The notes: generated by a model not told the origin, from the sequence alone. Shown: positions 10,694-21,153, numbered from the stretch's first letter. The stretch is DNA of 64,000 nt from an uncultured Chthonomonas sp. (GCA_903885605.1 CAISJD010000072.1:39-64038), one strand, 5' to 3'. Numbers and translations are program-made.

Positions 10694-12433
10694 ATGCGCA
10701 CCTGGATCGCCGCGATCGCCGTCCTCGCCGCCGCCGCCGCTCACGCCGGGCCGGAGCAGGCTCAGCCCCTCAGCGCGCTGGCCCGAATGCCCGTGCGCGA
10801 GGTGACCCTCTTCAAGGACGGCCACGCGCTGCTGCTCCATCAGGGCGCCATGCCTCTCTCCGCCGGTGGGCACGTGGCCATGGACTACCTGCCCGCGCCG
10901 GTGCTGGGGACCTTCTGGGTCTCCACGGCGGCCAAGGGTCTCAAGGTGACCTCCGTCACGGCTACCCGCCGCCGCGTGCTGGCCGAGCGAACCTGCCTGA
11001 CGCAGCAGGAGCTGATCGAGGCCAACCCCGGCGCCGATGTCGTCATCGAGGAGAAGGAGGCCCGCGACGGCAAGCCCCTCGAGGCCCGCATCGTGGGCAT
11101 TCCCACGCGCGACGCCGCCGAGCTGGCCTCGCTGGACCCGCCCTTCTCGCCCGAGAAGCTGCCCGAGAGGGCCCCGGCGGTGCTGCTGAAGACGGCCGCC
11201 GGGCTCACACTGATGCCCTTCGACCGCATCAAGAGCCTCACCTTCAAGGCCGAACCGAAGCGCAAGGTGGCCCAGGAGGAGTTCCGTAGCCTCCTCACCG
11301 CCTCCGTCCGGGGCGAGGGCGCCGCACCCGCCACGGCCGACATGGCGATGATGTACGTGCAGAAGGGCCTCCGATGGATACCCTCCTACAAGGTGACGGT
11401 GGACGGCAAGGGGTTCGCGGTCGTCAAGCTCCAGGCCACGCTGGTCAACGAGTTGATTGACCTGGAGGACGTGACAGCCAACCTGGTGGTCGGCGTGCCC
11501 ACCTTCGCCTTCAAGGAGATGACCGACCCCATGGCCCTGCAGGAGCAGGTGGCGCGCCTGGGCCAGTACTTCCAGGCCGACGCGGGCACCAGCCAGATGT
11601 TGGGCAACGCCATCATGTCGCAGGCCCGCTTCGGGGAGCGCCCCGGCGGCATGGGCGGCGCCGCAGCCCCTGCGCCCGAGCCCGAGGCGGCCGGCCAGGA
11701 GCAGGCCGAGGACCTCTTCGTCTACACCGTCAAGCACATCAGCCTGAAGAAGGGCGCCCGCATGGTGGCCCCCATCGCCGAGTTCACGCTCAAGTACCGC
11801 GATATCTACACGCTGGAGGTCCCCTTCGCGCCGCCGCCGGAGGTCCGGGCCGGCAGCAGCGGCGGGCGCGATGCCGAGATGGCGCTCCTCCTGACCTCGC
11901 TGAAGGTCGCGCACAAGCTCCGCATCACCAACAAGAGCGAGTACCCGCTCACCACTGCCCCCGCCCTCGTCTGCCTGGGCGACCGCGTGCTGGCGCAGGG
12001 CCTCATGACCTACACGGCCATCGGAGGCGACGGTGACCTGGATGTGACACAGGCGGTGGACGTGCGGGCCAAGCGGACCGACAAGGAGACCGCCCGGAAA
12101 TCCGGCGCCCTGGAGTGGAACGGCGCCTCCTACAGCCGCATCGACCTCTCGGGTTCGCTGACGCTGGACAACTTCCGGAGCGAGGCGGTGGACGTAGAGG
12201 TCACCCGCTTCGTCCTCGGCCACCCGGACACGGTGGGCGCAGGCGGCAAGTCCGAGATGGTCAACGCCTTCGAGGAGAGCCGCGCCACGGCCGCGCCGCA
12301 CTGGTGGGGCTGGTACGGCTGGCCGGGCTGGTGGAGCCACGTGAACGGCACAGGCCGCTTCACCTGGCACGTGAAGGTGCCGGCGCGCAAGTCCATGGAG
12401 CTACCGTACACGTGGCACTACTTCTGGCGGTAG
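10694..12433 (+). CDS. Secreted DUF4139-like protein
   Basis: Signal peptide, AGGAGG RBS; VREVTLFKDGHA and GLRWIPSYKV...LQATLVNELIDL pattern. Confidence 0.65.
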   Translation: MRTWIAAIAVLAAAAAHAGPEQAQPLSALARMPVREVTLFKDGHALLLHQGAMPLSAGGHVAMDYLPAPVLGTFWVSTAAKGLKVTSVTATRRRVLAERTCLTQQELIEANPGADVVIEEKEARDGKPLEARIVGIPTRDAAELASLDPPFSPEKLPERAPAVLLKTAAGLTLMPFDRIKSLTFKAEPKRKVAQEEFRSLLTASVRGEGAAPATADMAMMYVQKGLRWIPSYKVTVDGKGFAVVKLQATLVNELIDLEDVTANLVVGVPTFAFKEMTDPMALQEQVARLGQYFQADAGTSQMLGNAIMSQARFGERPGGMGGAAAPAPEPEAAGQEQAEDLFVYTVKHISLKKGARMVAPIAEFTLKYRDIYTLEVPFAPPPEVRAGSSGGRDAEMALLLTSLKVAHKLRITNKSEYPLTTAPALVCLGDRVLAQGLMTYTAIGGDGDLDVTQAVDVRAKRTDKETARKSGALEWNGASYSRIDLSGSLTLDNFRSEAVDVEVTRFVLGHPDTVGAGGKSEMVNAFEESRATAAPHWWGWYGWPGWWSHVNGTGRFTWHVKVPARKSMELPYTWHYFWR

Positions 12434-12848
12434 GCCGGACGGCAGGGGAAAGTCGACAGGCGAAAGTGCGGAGGGCGGGGCGCGATCGGGGGGCGGGCGT
12501 CGACCGAAGCGGGATCCCTCAGACGCATTCGGGTTCTCGGAATGGCGCCAATGGAAAGCAGCGTAGCCGCGCCGTGACCATGCGGCCGATGGGTGGTCTG
12601 TCTGCCCACTGAGCGGCAGGTTCTGTTCATCGCCTATGACCGGCCTGCCCTTGGGTATAGCCGGAACGGACTTGCTTGGAGTGAGACACCGGCGCATGGG
12701 ACGCAGTCCTGCCATAGGTAGCGCTCGTTGTATGAGTGAGTGGCATCGGGGCAGGAGTTACTTGAAACATCCTGTCGTATACGTGATGCGGTCGGTGGCA
12801 GTATTGCTTGAGTAACTGCAACCTACCCCTGTCGTCCAGGCTCGCCGC

Positions 12849-13997
12849 CTACCCGTAGGCGCCGAACTCCGCCAGGGCGTCTCGCATGGCGAGGATGTTG
12901 GCCGCAGGGACGTCCTGGATGTTGTGCACCGAGGCGAAGACGAATCCGCCGCCGGGCGCCATGTCGTCGATGCGGCGCTTCACCTCGTCGCGGACCTGCT
13001 GCGGCGTGCCGCGGGGCAGCACCTGCTGGGTATCCACGCCGCCGCCCCAGAACGTCAGATTGCTGCCGAAGTCGCGCTTCAGTTCGCGCGTGTCCATGTG
13101 GGCAGCGCTCACCTGGACCGGGTTGAGCACCTCCATACCGCACTCGATCAGGTCCGGCAGGATGGCCCGCACGCTCCCGCAGGAGTGGTAGAGGAGCCGC
13201 ACGCCCGGCGCGGCGCGCTTGATGACGCTGAACAGGTGCGCCACCCGCGGCCGGAAGATGCGCCGCCACGTGGGCAGCGACATGAGGAGGCCATGCTGCC
13301 CGCCGAAGTCGTCGCCCTCCTGCACCACGTCCACCACGTCGCCCAGGCGGCTCAGGGCCAGCGGCCAGTAGGCGCACTTGAGCTCCAGGACCTTGTCGGC
13401 GATGGCCTCAAGGATCGACGTGTCGCCGGCCAGGTCGCAGTAGAACTGCTCGAAGCCGCGCATGGCCTGGCAGAACTCCATCATGCCCGAGCCCACACCG
13501 CCGAGCAGCACGGCCTTGCCCTGGGCGCGGATGGCCTCGCACCGGGCTCGGACGCCCTCCAGCCGGGCATCGTCGGCCGGGGCGGGCCAGGGGTAGGCGG
13601 CGACGTCGTCGGCGGCCTCCACCGCGCCCAGCGGGGCGGCGCAGAGGTCGTAGTAGTAGCCACGGTCGCGCTGCGTGCGCCGCGTCAGGCCCCACTCGTC
13701 GACGAAGTAGGAGAAGTCGGCGTCGTGGGTCAGCTCCAGCCGCCAGCCCGCCGGAGGATTGGGGCGCACGCCGCGGCAGTCGGTGCGCATGGCCTCGTGG
13801 ACGTCCTCATCGACCACGGCGAGCTGCTGCATCATGTGGTAGATGGCGACCTCGCGGGCGGACAGGCCCAGCGCGGCGCGCAGGTTCACGTAGGCCACGC
13901 GGTGGATCCCCGTCACCGGCAGGCTGCCCATATCGAAGGGCACGCGGTCGGGCTCCGTGTGCGCCAGGGCAGCCAGGATGCGCTCGCGGGAGGTCAT
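12849..13997 (-). CDS. Uroporphyrinogen decarboxylase / MtaA-family protein
   Basis: MTSRERILAALAHTEPDRVP, GDDFGGQ, YHSCG, LNPVQ, FWGGGVDTQ, GGFVFASVHNIQ. Confidence 0.9.
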   Translation of the reverse strand: MTSRERILAALAHTEPDRVPFDMGSLPVTGIHRVAYVNLRAALGLSAREVAIYHMMQQLAVVDEDVHEAMRTDCRGVRPNPPAGWRLELTHDADFSYFVDEWGLTRRTQRDRGYYYDLCAAPLGAVEAADDVAAYPWPAPADDARLEGVRARCEAIRAQGKAVLLGGVGSGMMEFCQAMRGFEQFYCDLAGDTSILEAIADKVLELKCAYWPLALSRLGDVVDVVQEGDDFGGQHGLLMSLPTWRRIFRPRVAHLFSVIKRAAPGVRLLYHSCGSVRAILPDLIECGMEVLNPVQVSAAHMDTRELKRDFGSNLTFWGGGVDTQQVLPRGTPQQVRDEVKRRIDDMAPGGGFVFASVHNIQDVPAANILAMRDALAEFGAYG

Positions 13998-14013
13998 CTG
14001 GTCGGGCGCCCCC

Positions 14014-15090
14014 TCACAGCGCCGCCTTCAGCCGCTTGAGCTGCGCCACGGCATCGGCGCCGAGGCGGCCTTCCTGATAGATGCCCACGTTCAGCGTCAC
14101 GGCTCCGCCGGCGTGCCGGAAGTTTCGCACGAACTTGAACAGCTGGTCGTCGGTGTAGAGGAGCGGCTCCATGGGGCCCGGCTTGGCGTGGCCCCAGAAG
14201 GCGTCGATGAAGAGTAGCGCGTGGTTCAGGCAGCGGGTGCCCGTGGCGTAGCGGCCGTCGGGCAGGTAGAGCGGAACGGTCTCCTCGCGGCCCAGGCGTA
14301 CCCGGCCGTCGACGATCTTCTCGATCTCACCGGAGATGAAGTCCTGCTCGGCGTTGACGGGCTTGGTGATGCCGATGCAGTAGGAGCCGTCGTTCCAGGC
14401 GACCGCCGCGTTGGGGTTGCCGGCCCGGGCGGCGTCGTACCAGAGCGGCCACTTGTAGAGGCTGTTGTGGAAGACGGGCCAGGTATAGCATCCGTCGAAC
14501 CACCAGCCGTCGCAGAGCTTGCCGAACCGCTCGGAGTACTCACGGATGAAGGAGGTGTAGCGCCGCTGGAACTCGTCCTGGTTCTCGGGGTTCCAGCCGA
14601 AGCCACTGTGGACCGCCTCGGACTGCGCGGCCACCTCGGCGGGCAGGTAGGCGATGAACCGCTTGCCCATCTTGTGCACGCCCCTGGCGATCTCCAGGGC
14701 CAGGTCGCGCTTCGAGCAGTGGCCGGGGCCGACGAGGCGATCCATGGTGGCGTTGGGGCTGCAGTAGTAGCCGCTGTTCTGCCCCAGGGTGAGGATGACC
14801 CACCCGGCGCCGGACTCGCGGACCTGCGCAAGGAAGCCCTGCACGTCGAACGCATCGACCGCGCGGTCGTTGTCCTGAACCCACTCGCCCTTCTCGGGAG
14901 CCGGGCCGGGGGCGATCCAGTGGACCATGATGCCGAAGGAGCCCCTCGTCATCCAGTCGGCTCGGCACCTGGGCGCCGGGGCCAGCAACGAGGCCCCCAG
15001 GCCCAGCATGCCGCCGGGCTTGGTGGTGGCGGCCGCCAGCGCGGCGCCGTAGCTCCTCAATGCGTCGCGGCGTGATACGTTGTCTGCCAA
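14014..15090 (-). CDS. GH29-like alpha-L-fucosidase catalytic domain protein, Tat-exported
   Basis: SRRDAL signal after GAGGAG RBS / TTG; FGIMVHW, GAGWVILT, DGWWFDG nucleophile motif. Confidence 0.7.
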   Translation of the reverse strand: MADNVSRRDALRSYGAALAAATTKPGGMLGLGASLLAPAPRCRADWMTRGSFGIMVHWIAPGPAPEKGEWVQDNDRAVDAFDVQGFLAQVRESGAGWVILTLGQNSGYYCSPNATMDRLVGPGHCSKRDLALEIARGVHKMGKRFIAYLPAEVAAQSEAVHSGFGWNPENQDEFQRRYTSFIREYSERFGKLCDGWWFDGCYTWPVFHNSLYKWPLWYDAARAGNPNAAVAWNDGSYCIGITKPVNAEQDFISGEIEKIVDGRVRLGREETVPLYLPDGRYATGTRCLNHALLFIDAFWGHAKPGPMEPLLYTDDQLFKFVRNFRHAGGAVTLNVGIYQEGRLGADAVAQLKRLKAAL

Positions 15091-15174
15091 GTTGCGTGGT
15101 TCTCCTCGTGGTGTGGGGCGCGGCGGCCCATGCATCTATTCTACGCTGCATGTCCGGCCATCGCGCCCGCGGTG

Positions 15175-16092
15175 CTACGGAAGCGAGTTGCCCGCCGCCC
15201 GGTAGATCTCGTACCAGTGCGGCCGCGTCAGGGCCACGTCGCAGGCCTCGGCGGCCTTGCGCACGCGGTCGGGGTTGGTGCTGCCGATGATCGGCTGCAT
15301 CTTCGCCGGGTGGCGCAGGATCCAGGCGATGGCCAGGCAGGTGCTGGAGACGCCGTACTGCTCCGCGATGGCCTCCAGCGTGGCGTTGAGGGCCGCGAAC
15401 TCCTGGCTTCCCAGGAAGGCCCCGCGGAAGAAGCCGTGCTGCAGCGGCGACCAGGGCTGCACGGTCATCTGCTGCAATCGGCAGAAGTCCAGCACGCCGC
15501 CGTCGCGGTCCACCGAGCGGTCGATCTCCATGTTGACGTTGAGGCCCTGGTCGATCATGCCCGTGTTGGTGATGCTGAACTGGAGCTGGTTGGCCTGGAG
15601 CCGCATGGGAAGTCCCGCCTGCAGCAGCTTGATCTGGCCGGGGTTGTGGTTGCTGACGCCGAAATGGCGCACCTTGCCGCTCTCGAGAAGCTGCGTGAAG
15701 GCCTCCGCCACCTCTTCGGGTTCGACCAGCGCGTCGGGACGATGGAGCAGCAGCACGTCGATGAAGTCGGTCCGCAGGCGCCGGAGCATGCCGTCCACCG
15801 AGGCCAGGATGTGCTCCTTGGAGAAGTCGAAGAAGCCCGACCGGATGCCGCACTTGTCCTGGATGATGAGGCGGCCGCGGTCGATGCCCAGCCGCGCGAT
15901 GGATGCCGCGAAGACCTCCTCGCTCTTGCCGCCGCCGTAGATGTCGGCGTGGTCGAAGAAGGTGATCCCGGTCTCCATGGCCGTACTGATGAGGGCGTCT
16001 ACCGCCTTCTCGTCCAGACCGGCGATCCGCATGCAGCCCAGGGCGACTTGCGGGACCCGCAGGTCGCTGGTCCCAAGGTTCAGGGTGTTCAT
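15175..16092 (-). CDS. Aldo/keto reductase (YdhF/YcsN-like)
   Basis: LGCMR, FFDHADIYGGG, LLLHRPD, GKVRHFGVSN, WSPL, PIIGS motifs. Confidence 0.92.
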   Translation of the reverse strand: MNTLNLGTSDLRVPQVALGCMRIAGLDEKAVDALISTAMETGITFFDHADIYGGGKSEEVFAASIARLGIDRGRLIIQDKCGIRSGFFDFSKEHILASVDGMLRRLRTDFIDVLLLHRPDALVEPEEVAEAFTQLLESGKVRHFGVSNHNPGQIKLLQAGLPMRLQANQLQFSITNTGMIDQGLNVNMEIDRSVDRDGGVLDFCRLQQMTVQPWSPLQHGFFRGAFLGSQEFAALNATLEAIAEQYGVSSTCLAIAWILRHPAKMQPIIGSTNPDRVRKAAEACDVALTRPHWYEIYRAAGNSLP

Positions 16093-16298
16093 CTCGGCCT
16101 CCTTGCCGTCAGGCGTCTCATGCGCCGGATGGTGCGCTTGTCTGTTCGGACACCGAAGCCCGATTAGTTTCGCCGTCCCGACGGCAATCCCTATTTCGGT
16201 CGCGCATCCGCCGCGTAAGTATGGCTACAAGCGACGCACCAACCGGTCACACTGCCGGCGGCGCCCTCGTTTCACCTACCCAGAGGAGGTCTGTTCAC

Positions 16299-16829
16299 AT
16301 GCAACTCCGAGTTCTGCCGGCCGTAGCGGCCGCCGCTCTGCTCTTCTCTGTCGCGCTGCTCCCAGCCGGGGCGCAGGTCAAGTCCAAGAGCGCCAAGAGC
16401 TCCCGCAGCATCCAGATCGCCCAGGGCGGACCCATGCAGGGCGACCCCATGCAGGGCGGCATGGGAATGGGCCAGGGCGGCCCCATGGAAGGCGGCATGG
16501 GCCAGGGAATGGGAATGGGAATGGGCCAGGGCGGCCCAGGCATGGGCGGTCCCGGCATGGGTCAGGGCATGCCCGGCATGGGTGGCCCCGGCATGATGGG
16601 CATGATGCCCGGCATGGGCCGGCCCGGCCAGGCGCCCGTGATGGTCGCCACCGCCGAGTACGTCTACATCCTGCGCGGCAACACGCTGTTCCAGTTCTCC
16701 GCCAAGGAGCTGAAGCTGCTCAACAAGGTGACGCTGGAAGAGGAGATGCCCGGCATGCGCCCCGGCGGCCGGCCCGGCGGAATGCAGGGCGGGATGCAGG
16801 GCGGCGGCATGCAACAGCGCCCCAAGTAA
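16299..16829 (+). CDS. Secreted Gly/Met/Pro-rich protein with one short beta-rich module
   Basis: GAGGAGG RBS, signal peptide, GGPMQG/GMG repeats flanking VMVATAEYVYILRGNTLFQFSAKELKLLNKVTL. Confidence 0.8.
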   Translation: MQLRVLPAVAAAALLFSVALLPAGAQVKSKSAKSSRSIQIAQGGPMQGDPMQGGMGMGQGGPMEGGMGQGMGMGMGQGGPGMGGPGMGQGMPGMGGPGMMGMMPGMGRPGQAPVMVATAEYVYILRGNTLFQFSAKELKLLNKVTLEEEMPGMRPGGRPGGMQGGMQGGGMQQRPK

Positions 16830-16949
16830 CAGGCGTCGCTCCTGACTGACCGACCCGCTGAACCCGATGAGTGTCCCACACGTCCCGGCCGAGCCCTGCG
16901 CCCGGCCGGGACGCCTTATCCACCCAGGATGGTTGGAGGCCCAGGTTCC

Positions 16950-18257
16950 ATGACATCGACCACGGTGCATCGGTTGTGTGCGCTCCTCGCGGCGGCCACG
17001 GCGCTGCTTGATGGACACGCCCCGGCCCGAGCCGATGACTGGGCCCAGTTCCGCGGCCCCGGAGCCGCGGGCATCGCCGCCGAGAAGGGCCTGCCCGTGC
17101 GGTGGAGCGCCGGCGAAGGCATCGCCTGGAAGGCTCCCCTGCCGGGACCGGGCAGCTCCAGCCCCATCGTCTTCGGCGACAGGGTCTTCGTCACCTGCTA
17201 TAGCGGCTACGGCATCCCCGGCGCCGCCGCGAACGACCCGGCTGCCCTCAAGCGGCACCTGATCTGCTTCGACAAGCGCACCGGCAAGCAGCTCTGGAAC
17301 CAGGCCGTTCCCGCCACGCACCCCGAGGACCCCTTTGCCGGGTACCTCGCCGAGCATGGGTACGCCAGCAGCACGCCGGTCACCGACGGCGAGCGGGTCT
17401 ACGTCTTCCTCGGCAAGAGCGGAGCCCTGGCGTTCGACCTCCAGGGCAAGAGGCTCTGGCAGACCAGCCTGGGGACCAGTTCAAGCAACCGGCGCTGGGG
17501 ATCAGGCGCCAGCCCCGTCCTCTATAAGGACTGGGTGATCGTGAACGCCTCGGAGGAGAGCCGGTCGATCCGCGCGCTGGACAAGAAGACCGGCGCCGTG
17601 GCCTGGACCGCCGAAGCCGCCGGCGCCGAGCTCTGCTATGCCACGCCGCTCGTCCTCGAAGTGGCGCCGGGCCGCACGGATTTGGTGGTACCCGTCGCAG
17701 GCGAGGTCTGGGGATTAAACGCCGACACGGGCAAGCTGCGCTGGTACGCGCGGGTCGACACCGCCGGCAACGTCTGCCCCAGCCCGGTGGCTGCCGGCGG
17801 CGTGATCTACATCGCGGGGGGCTTCAACCGGCGGTCCATGGCGGCGATCCGCGCCGGCGGTGAGGGCGACGTGACGGAGACGCACCTCCTCTGGTCCAGC
17901 GCGCAGGCCCCCTACGTGCCGTCGCCGGTGGTCAGCCAGGGTCGCCTGATGTGGGTCAACGAGCAGGGCTACGCCTGCTGCGCCGACGCCCAGACGGGCA
18001 AGCCGATCTACCGCGAGAGGCTGGACGCTCCGTCGAATAAGATGCCTGTCTACGCCTCGGTGGTGCTGGCGGACGGCAGGATCTACGCCGCGAGCCGAAC
18101 CAACGGCACCTTCCTCCTGGGTAGCGGGCCGCAGTTCGAGCAGATCGCCGTGAACAAGATCGCCGACGACGCCTCCGACTGCAGCGCGAGCCCGGCCATC
18201 AGCCAGGGGCGCATCTACCTGCGGTCGCAGCGTTTCCTGTACTGCATCGGTAAGTAG
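16950..18257 (+). CDS. PQQ-binding-like beta-propeller protein (BamB-like)
   Basis: DWAQFRGP start, SSPIVFGDRVFV, ASSTPVTDGERVYV, TGKLRW blade repeats, SASPAISQGRIYLRS end. Confidence 0.9.
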   Translation: MTSTTVHRLCALLAAATALLDGHAPARADDWAQFRGPGAAGIAAEKGLPVRWSAGEGIAWKAPLPGPGSSSPIVFGDRVFVTCYSGYGIPGAAANDPAALKRHLICFDKRTGKQLWNQAVPATHPEDPFAGYLAEHGYASSTPVTDGERVYVFLGKSGALAFDLQGKRLWQTSLGTSSSNRRWGSGASPVLYKDWVIVNASEESRSIRALDKKTGAVAWTAEAAGAELCYATPLVLEVAPGRTDLVVPVAGEVWGLNADTGKLRWYARVDTAGNVCPSPVAAGGVIYIAGGFNRRSMAAIRAGGEGDVTETHLLWSSAQAPYVPSPVVSQGRLMWVNEQGYACCADAQTGKPIYRERLDAPSNKMPVYASVVLADGRIYAASRTNGTFLLGSGPQFEQIAVNKIADDASDCSASPAISQGRIYLRSQRFLYCIGK

Positions 18258-18271
18258 GAAGGGATTCGACC

Positions 18272-19783
18272 ATGATGCTCCATCGCCGGCTGTTGTCAGC
18301 GGTCTTGCTGGCCGCATCGCTGGGCCAGGCTGTGGCGGCTCCGCCCGGGCGGGCCGCCAGGACGAAGCCGCTCTCGTCTCCCTTGCCGGATACGGGCCAG
18401 ACGCGCATCTTCTCGGATCGCGGGCAGATGCTCGCCGCGCCGGGGCCGACGGAGCCCTTCTACGGGCAGGACGGCCAGTTCGAGGGCAGGCGGCCCGCCT
18501 ACGCCGTAAGCAAGGACGGCAAGGTGGTGCGCGACCTCGTCACGGGCCTCATGTGGCAGAGGAGTCCGGAGCTGAACGGCGATGGTCAACTCACCGCCGC
18601 GGACAAGCTGACATGGGATGCCGTCCAGAAGCGCCCCGCGGCCCTCAACGCCGCGCGCTTCGGCGGCTACACCGACTGGCGGCTGCCCACCATCAAGGAG
18701 CTCTACTCGCTGATCGACTTCCGGGGCGTCGATCCCAGCCCGATGGCCGCCGCGACCGGTGGGCTCATCCCGTTCATCGACACCAAGGCGTTCCAGTTCG
18801 CCTACGGCAGGCAGGAGGACGGCGACAGGGTCATCGACTCGCAGTACGCCTCGAGCACGCTCTACGTGGCGAAGGGCGGCTTCATCGGAATGCTGCTCTT
18901 CGGCGTAAACTTCGCCGACGGCCGGATCAAGGGCTACGGGCTCACCATGCCCGGCGGGCGGCAGAAGGCCTTCTACGTCCAGTGCGTCCGAGGCCCCAGG
19001 GGCTACGGCGTGAACCTGCTCAAGCCGGCCGGCAAGGGGCTGGTGCTGGATCAGGCGACCGGCCTGATGTGGGAGCAGGACGACAGCGGCAAGGGCATGG
19101 CCTGGCAGGAGGCGCTGGCGCTGGCCCAGCAGCGGAACCGGACCAAGCACCTGGGCTACTCTGACTGGCGCCTGCCCAACGCCAAGGAGCTCCAGAGCCT
19201 CGTCGACTACAGCCGCTCACCGGATTCCACGCAGTCGGCCGCCATCTCGCCGCTCTTCCGGTGTACCGCCATCACCAACGAGGCCGGGCAGACCGACTAC
19301 CCCTTCTACTGGACCTCGACGACCCACGGCGAAGGGCGAGGCGAGGCGGCCGTCTACGTCGCCTTCGGCAGGTCGCTCGGCAAGATGGGGCGGTGGATCG
19401 ACATCCATGGCGCCGGTAGCCAGCGGAGCGATCCCAAGTCGGGCGACCCGTCGGTGTTCGCCTCGGGCCGCGGGCCGCAGGGCGACGCCATACACATCCT
19501 GAACTACGTCCGGCTCGTCCGCGATGCCGCGCCCGGCGCCACTCGGCTGGTGAAGCCCAATCTGACGGCGATCCCGCGGGCCGCCGCCGACTCGGGTCCC
19601 GGCATGCCGGCCATGGGTGCGCCGGACGGCAACCCGGACATGGAGAGCCGAATGGAGGCGTCGCCGGGCGGGGTCGTCATCCTGCGCAACGGTGTGCTCT
19701 ACGAGTACTCGGCCGACGGCCTGAAGCTGCTGCACAAGGCGCCGCTGGACCAACCGAAGCCGGAGGGTCAGCCCCGGTTGTAG
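18272..19783 (+). CDS. DUF1566 (Lcl C-terminal-like) domain protein
   Basis: LPDTGQ start; two repeats of D..TGLMW and GYTDWRLPTIKEL / GYSDWRLPNAKEL. Confidence 0.85.
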   Translation: MMLHRRLLSAVLLAASLGQAVAAPPGRAARTKPLSSPLPDTGQTRIFSDRGQMLAAPGPTEPFYGQDGQFEGRRPAYAVSKDGKVVRDLVTGLMWQRSPELNGDGQLTAADKLTWDAVQKRPAALNAARFGGYTDWRLPTIKELYSLIDFRGVDPSPMAAATGGLIPFIDTKAFQFAYGRQEDGDRVIDSQYASSTLYVAKGGFIGMLLFGVNFADGRIKGYGLTMPGGRQKAFYVQCVRGPRGYGVNLLKPAGKGLVLDQATGLMWEQDDSGKGMAWQEALALAQQRNRTKHLGYSDWRLPNAKELQSLVDYSRSPDSTQSAAISPLFRCTAITNEAGQTDYPFYWTSTTHGEGRGEAAVYVAFGRSLGKMGRWIDIHGAGSQRSDPKSGDPSVFASGRGPQGDAIHILNYVRLVRDAAPGATRLVKPNLTAIPRAAADSGPGMPAMGAPDGNPDMESRMEASPGGVVILRNGVLYEYSADGLKLLHKAPLDQPKPEGQPRL

Positions 19784-20880
19784 CGGTCCGCCAGCGCCCG
19801 GCGCACCATCATCACCACCTCGCCGGTCTCAATGGCGCCCATGCAGCGCGGCGAGTCGGCGAGGCACTTCTGGGTAGTGTTGATCGCGCCGGTCTCGTGG
19901 AAGCGGCGGCAGACGTCGTGGCATGCCTCGCGGTGGTGCACCACGTACTGCCGGTACCCGTAGGGGCAGACGCGATCGGGGTTGGATCGCCCGAAGACGG
20001 TCACCGCCGGCACTCCGACCGCCGCCGCGATGTGGGATGATCCCGTATCGCCGCTGAGGTGGACGGCCGCCAGCCGGATCACGGCGGCCAGCTGCCTCAG
20101 GCTGGTGCGTCCCACGAGGCTAGCCGGCGCGGGCGTGTGGGCGGCGCAGAGCCGGTCGGCGATCTCCTTGTCGGCCGGCGATCCCACCAGCACCACGGGT
20201 AGCCCATCCTCGGCCTGCAGCCGCCGCACGGCCTCGGCCATGCGGTCCGGGGCCCATCCCTTCTGGCCGGTGCCGCCCCCTTCGGTGGGATTGCAGACCG
20301 CGAAGCGCTGGGCCGCATCGATGCCCACCCCGGACAGCGCGGCGCGGGCCTCCTCCATCTCGGCGGCCGTCAGCGTTAGAGGGAAGGCGGGGTTGCTGAT
20401 GTCTGCGCCCAGGAAGGCGGCCACGTCGAGGAGCTGGTCCACGACGTGCAGGCTCGCCTCGGCACGCGGTATACGGCGCTCGAAGAGGGGCGCCAGTTCG
20501 CGGATCCAGTCATAGCCATAGCGGCGGGGCGCACCGGAGAGGGCGGTGAGGAGGGCGCTCTTGGTGAGGCCCTGTAGGTCCAGAGCCACGTCGTAGCCCG
20601 TGGCCCGCAGGCGGCGGCCCATCTCCAGGGTTTCGCGCAGGGCTTTGGCCTTGAACCGTTCGGAGCGGCGCCGCTTGGCGGTGAACACGATCTGGTCTAT
20701 GGCCGGGCAGTGCTGCAGCAGCGGCGCCGCCAGCGGCTCGGCGACCCAGTCGATGGCGAGGTTGGGGAAGCTGCGCTTGAGCGCGGCCGCCACCGGCAGG
20801 GCGTGGACCACATCGCCGATGGCAGAGAGCTTCACGATGAGCACGCGCCGCGCGCGGCCAAGGTCAGGCGGTTGATGCAC
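19768..20880 (-). CDS. Glycosyltransferase family 9 (LPS heptosyltransferase-like)
   Basis: VLIVKLSAIGDVVH, DLQGLTKS, SGDTGSSHIAAAVG. Confidence 0.9.
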   Translation of the reverse strand: MHQPPDLGRARRVLIVKLSAIGDVVHALPVAAALKRSFPNLAIDWVAEPLAAPLLQHCPAIDQIVFTAKRRRSERFKAKALRETLEMGRRLRATGYDVALDLQGLTKSALLTALSGAPRRYGYDWIRELAPLFERRIPRAEASLHVVDQLLDVAAFLGADISNPAFPLTLTAAEMEEARAALSGVGIDAAQRFAVCNPTEGGGTGQKGWAPDRMAEAVRRLQAEDGLPVVLVGSPADKEIADRLCAAHTPAPASLVGRTSLRQLAAVIRLAAVHLSGDTGSSHIAAAVGVPAVTVFGRSNPDRVCPYGYRQYVVHHREACHDVCRRFHETGAINTTQKCLADSPRCMGAIETGEVVMMVRRALADRYNRG

Positions 20881-21137
20881 GGTTACTCCTTGAGGGTCGG
20901 TGCGGCGGCGGCGCCATACGCGCGACCGGACGACATGATACGATACACGATGCAGGGGGAAAGCAGTGTGCGCTCGTGGGCGGGATTACCTCAGAACGGC
21001 ATTACCGATGTCCTGAGCGCCGCGCCGGCCCGGGGCCGTCGCCGGCGCCGTTGCACCCGGTCTGTGCCGAATCGGGGGGGGGCATCACCGAGTCCATCCG
21101 ATTGCATGCCCTGCTGGACTCCATATTCCCAGACGTG

Positions 21138-21153
21138 ATACAATCGATTGTAT
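21138..21153. promoter_or_regulatory. Perfect 16-bp palindrome, probable LacI-family operator
   Basis: ATACAATCGATTGTAT with the LacI-type AANCGNTT core, ~30 bp upstream of the LacI gene. Confidence 0.7.

Noticed and set aside
6791-13997. Two URO-D-family genes as haem synthesis or methanogenesis-type methyltransfer
   Set aside because: No hem or corrinoid-protein neighbours; such paralogs are common in sugar-degrading lineages, function unassigned.
16420-16625. GGCATG-rich tandem repeats as possible CRISPR or VNTR
   Set aside because: In-frame Gly/Met/Pro coding low complexity; no repeat-spacer structure.
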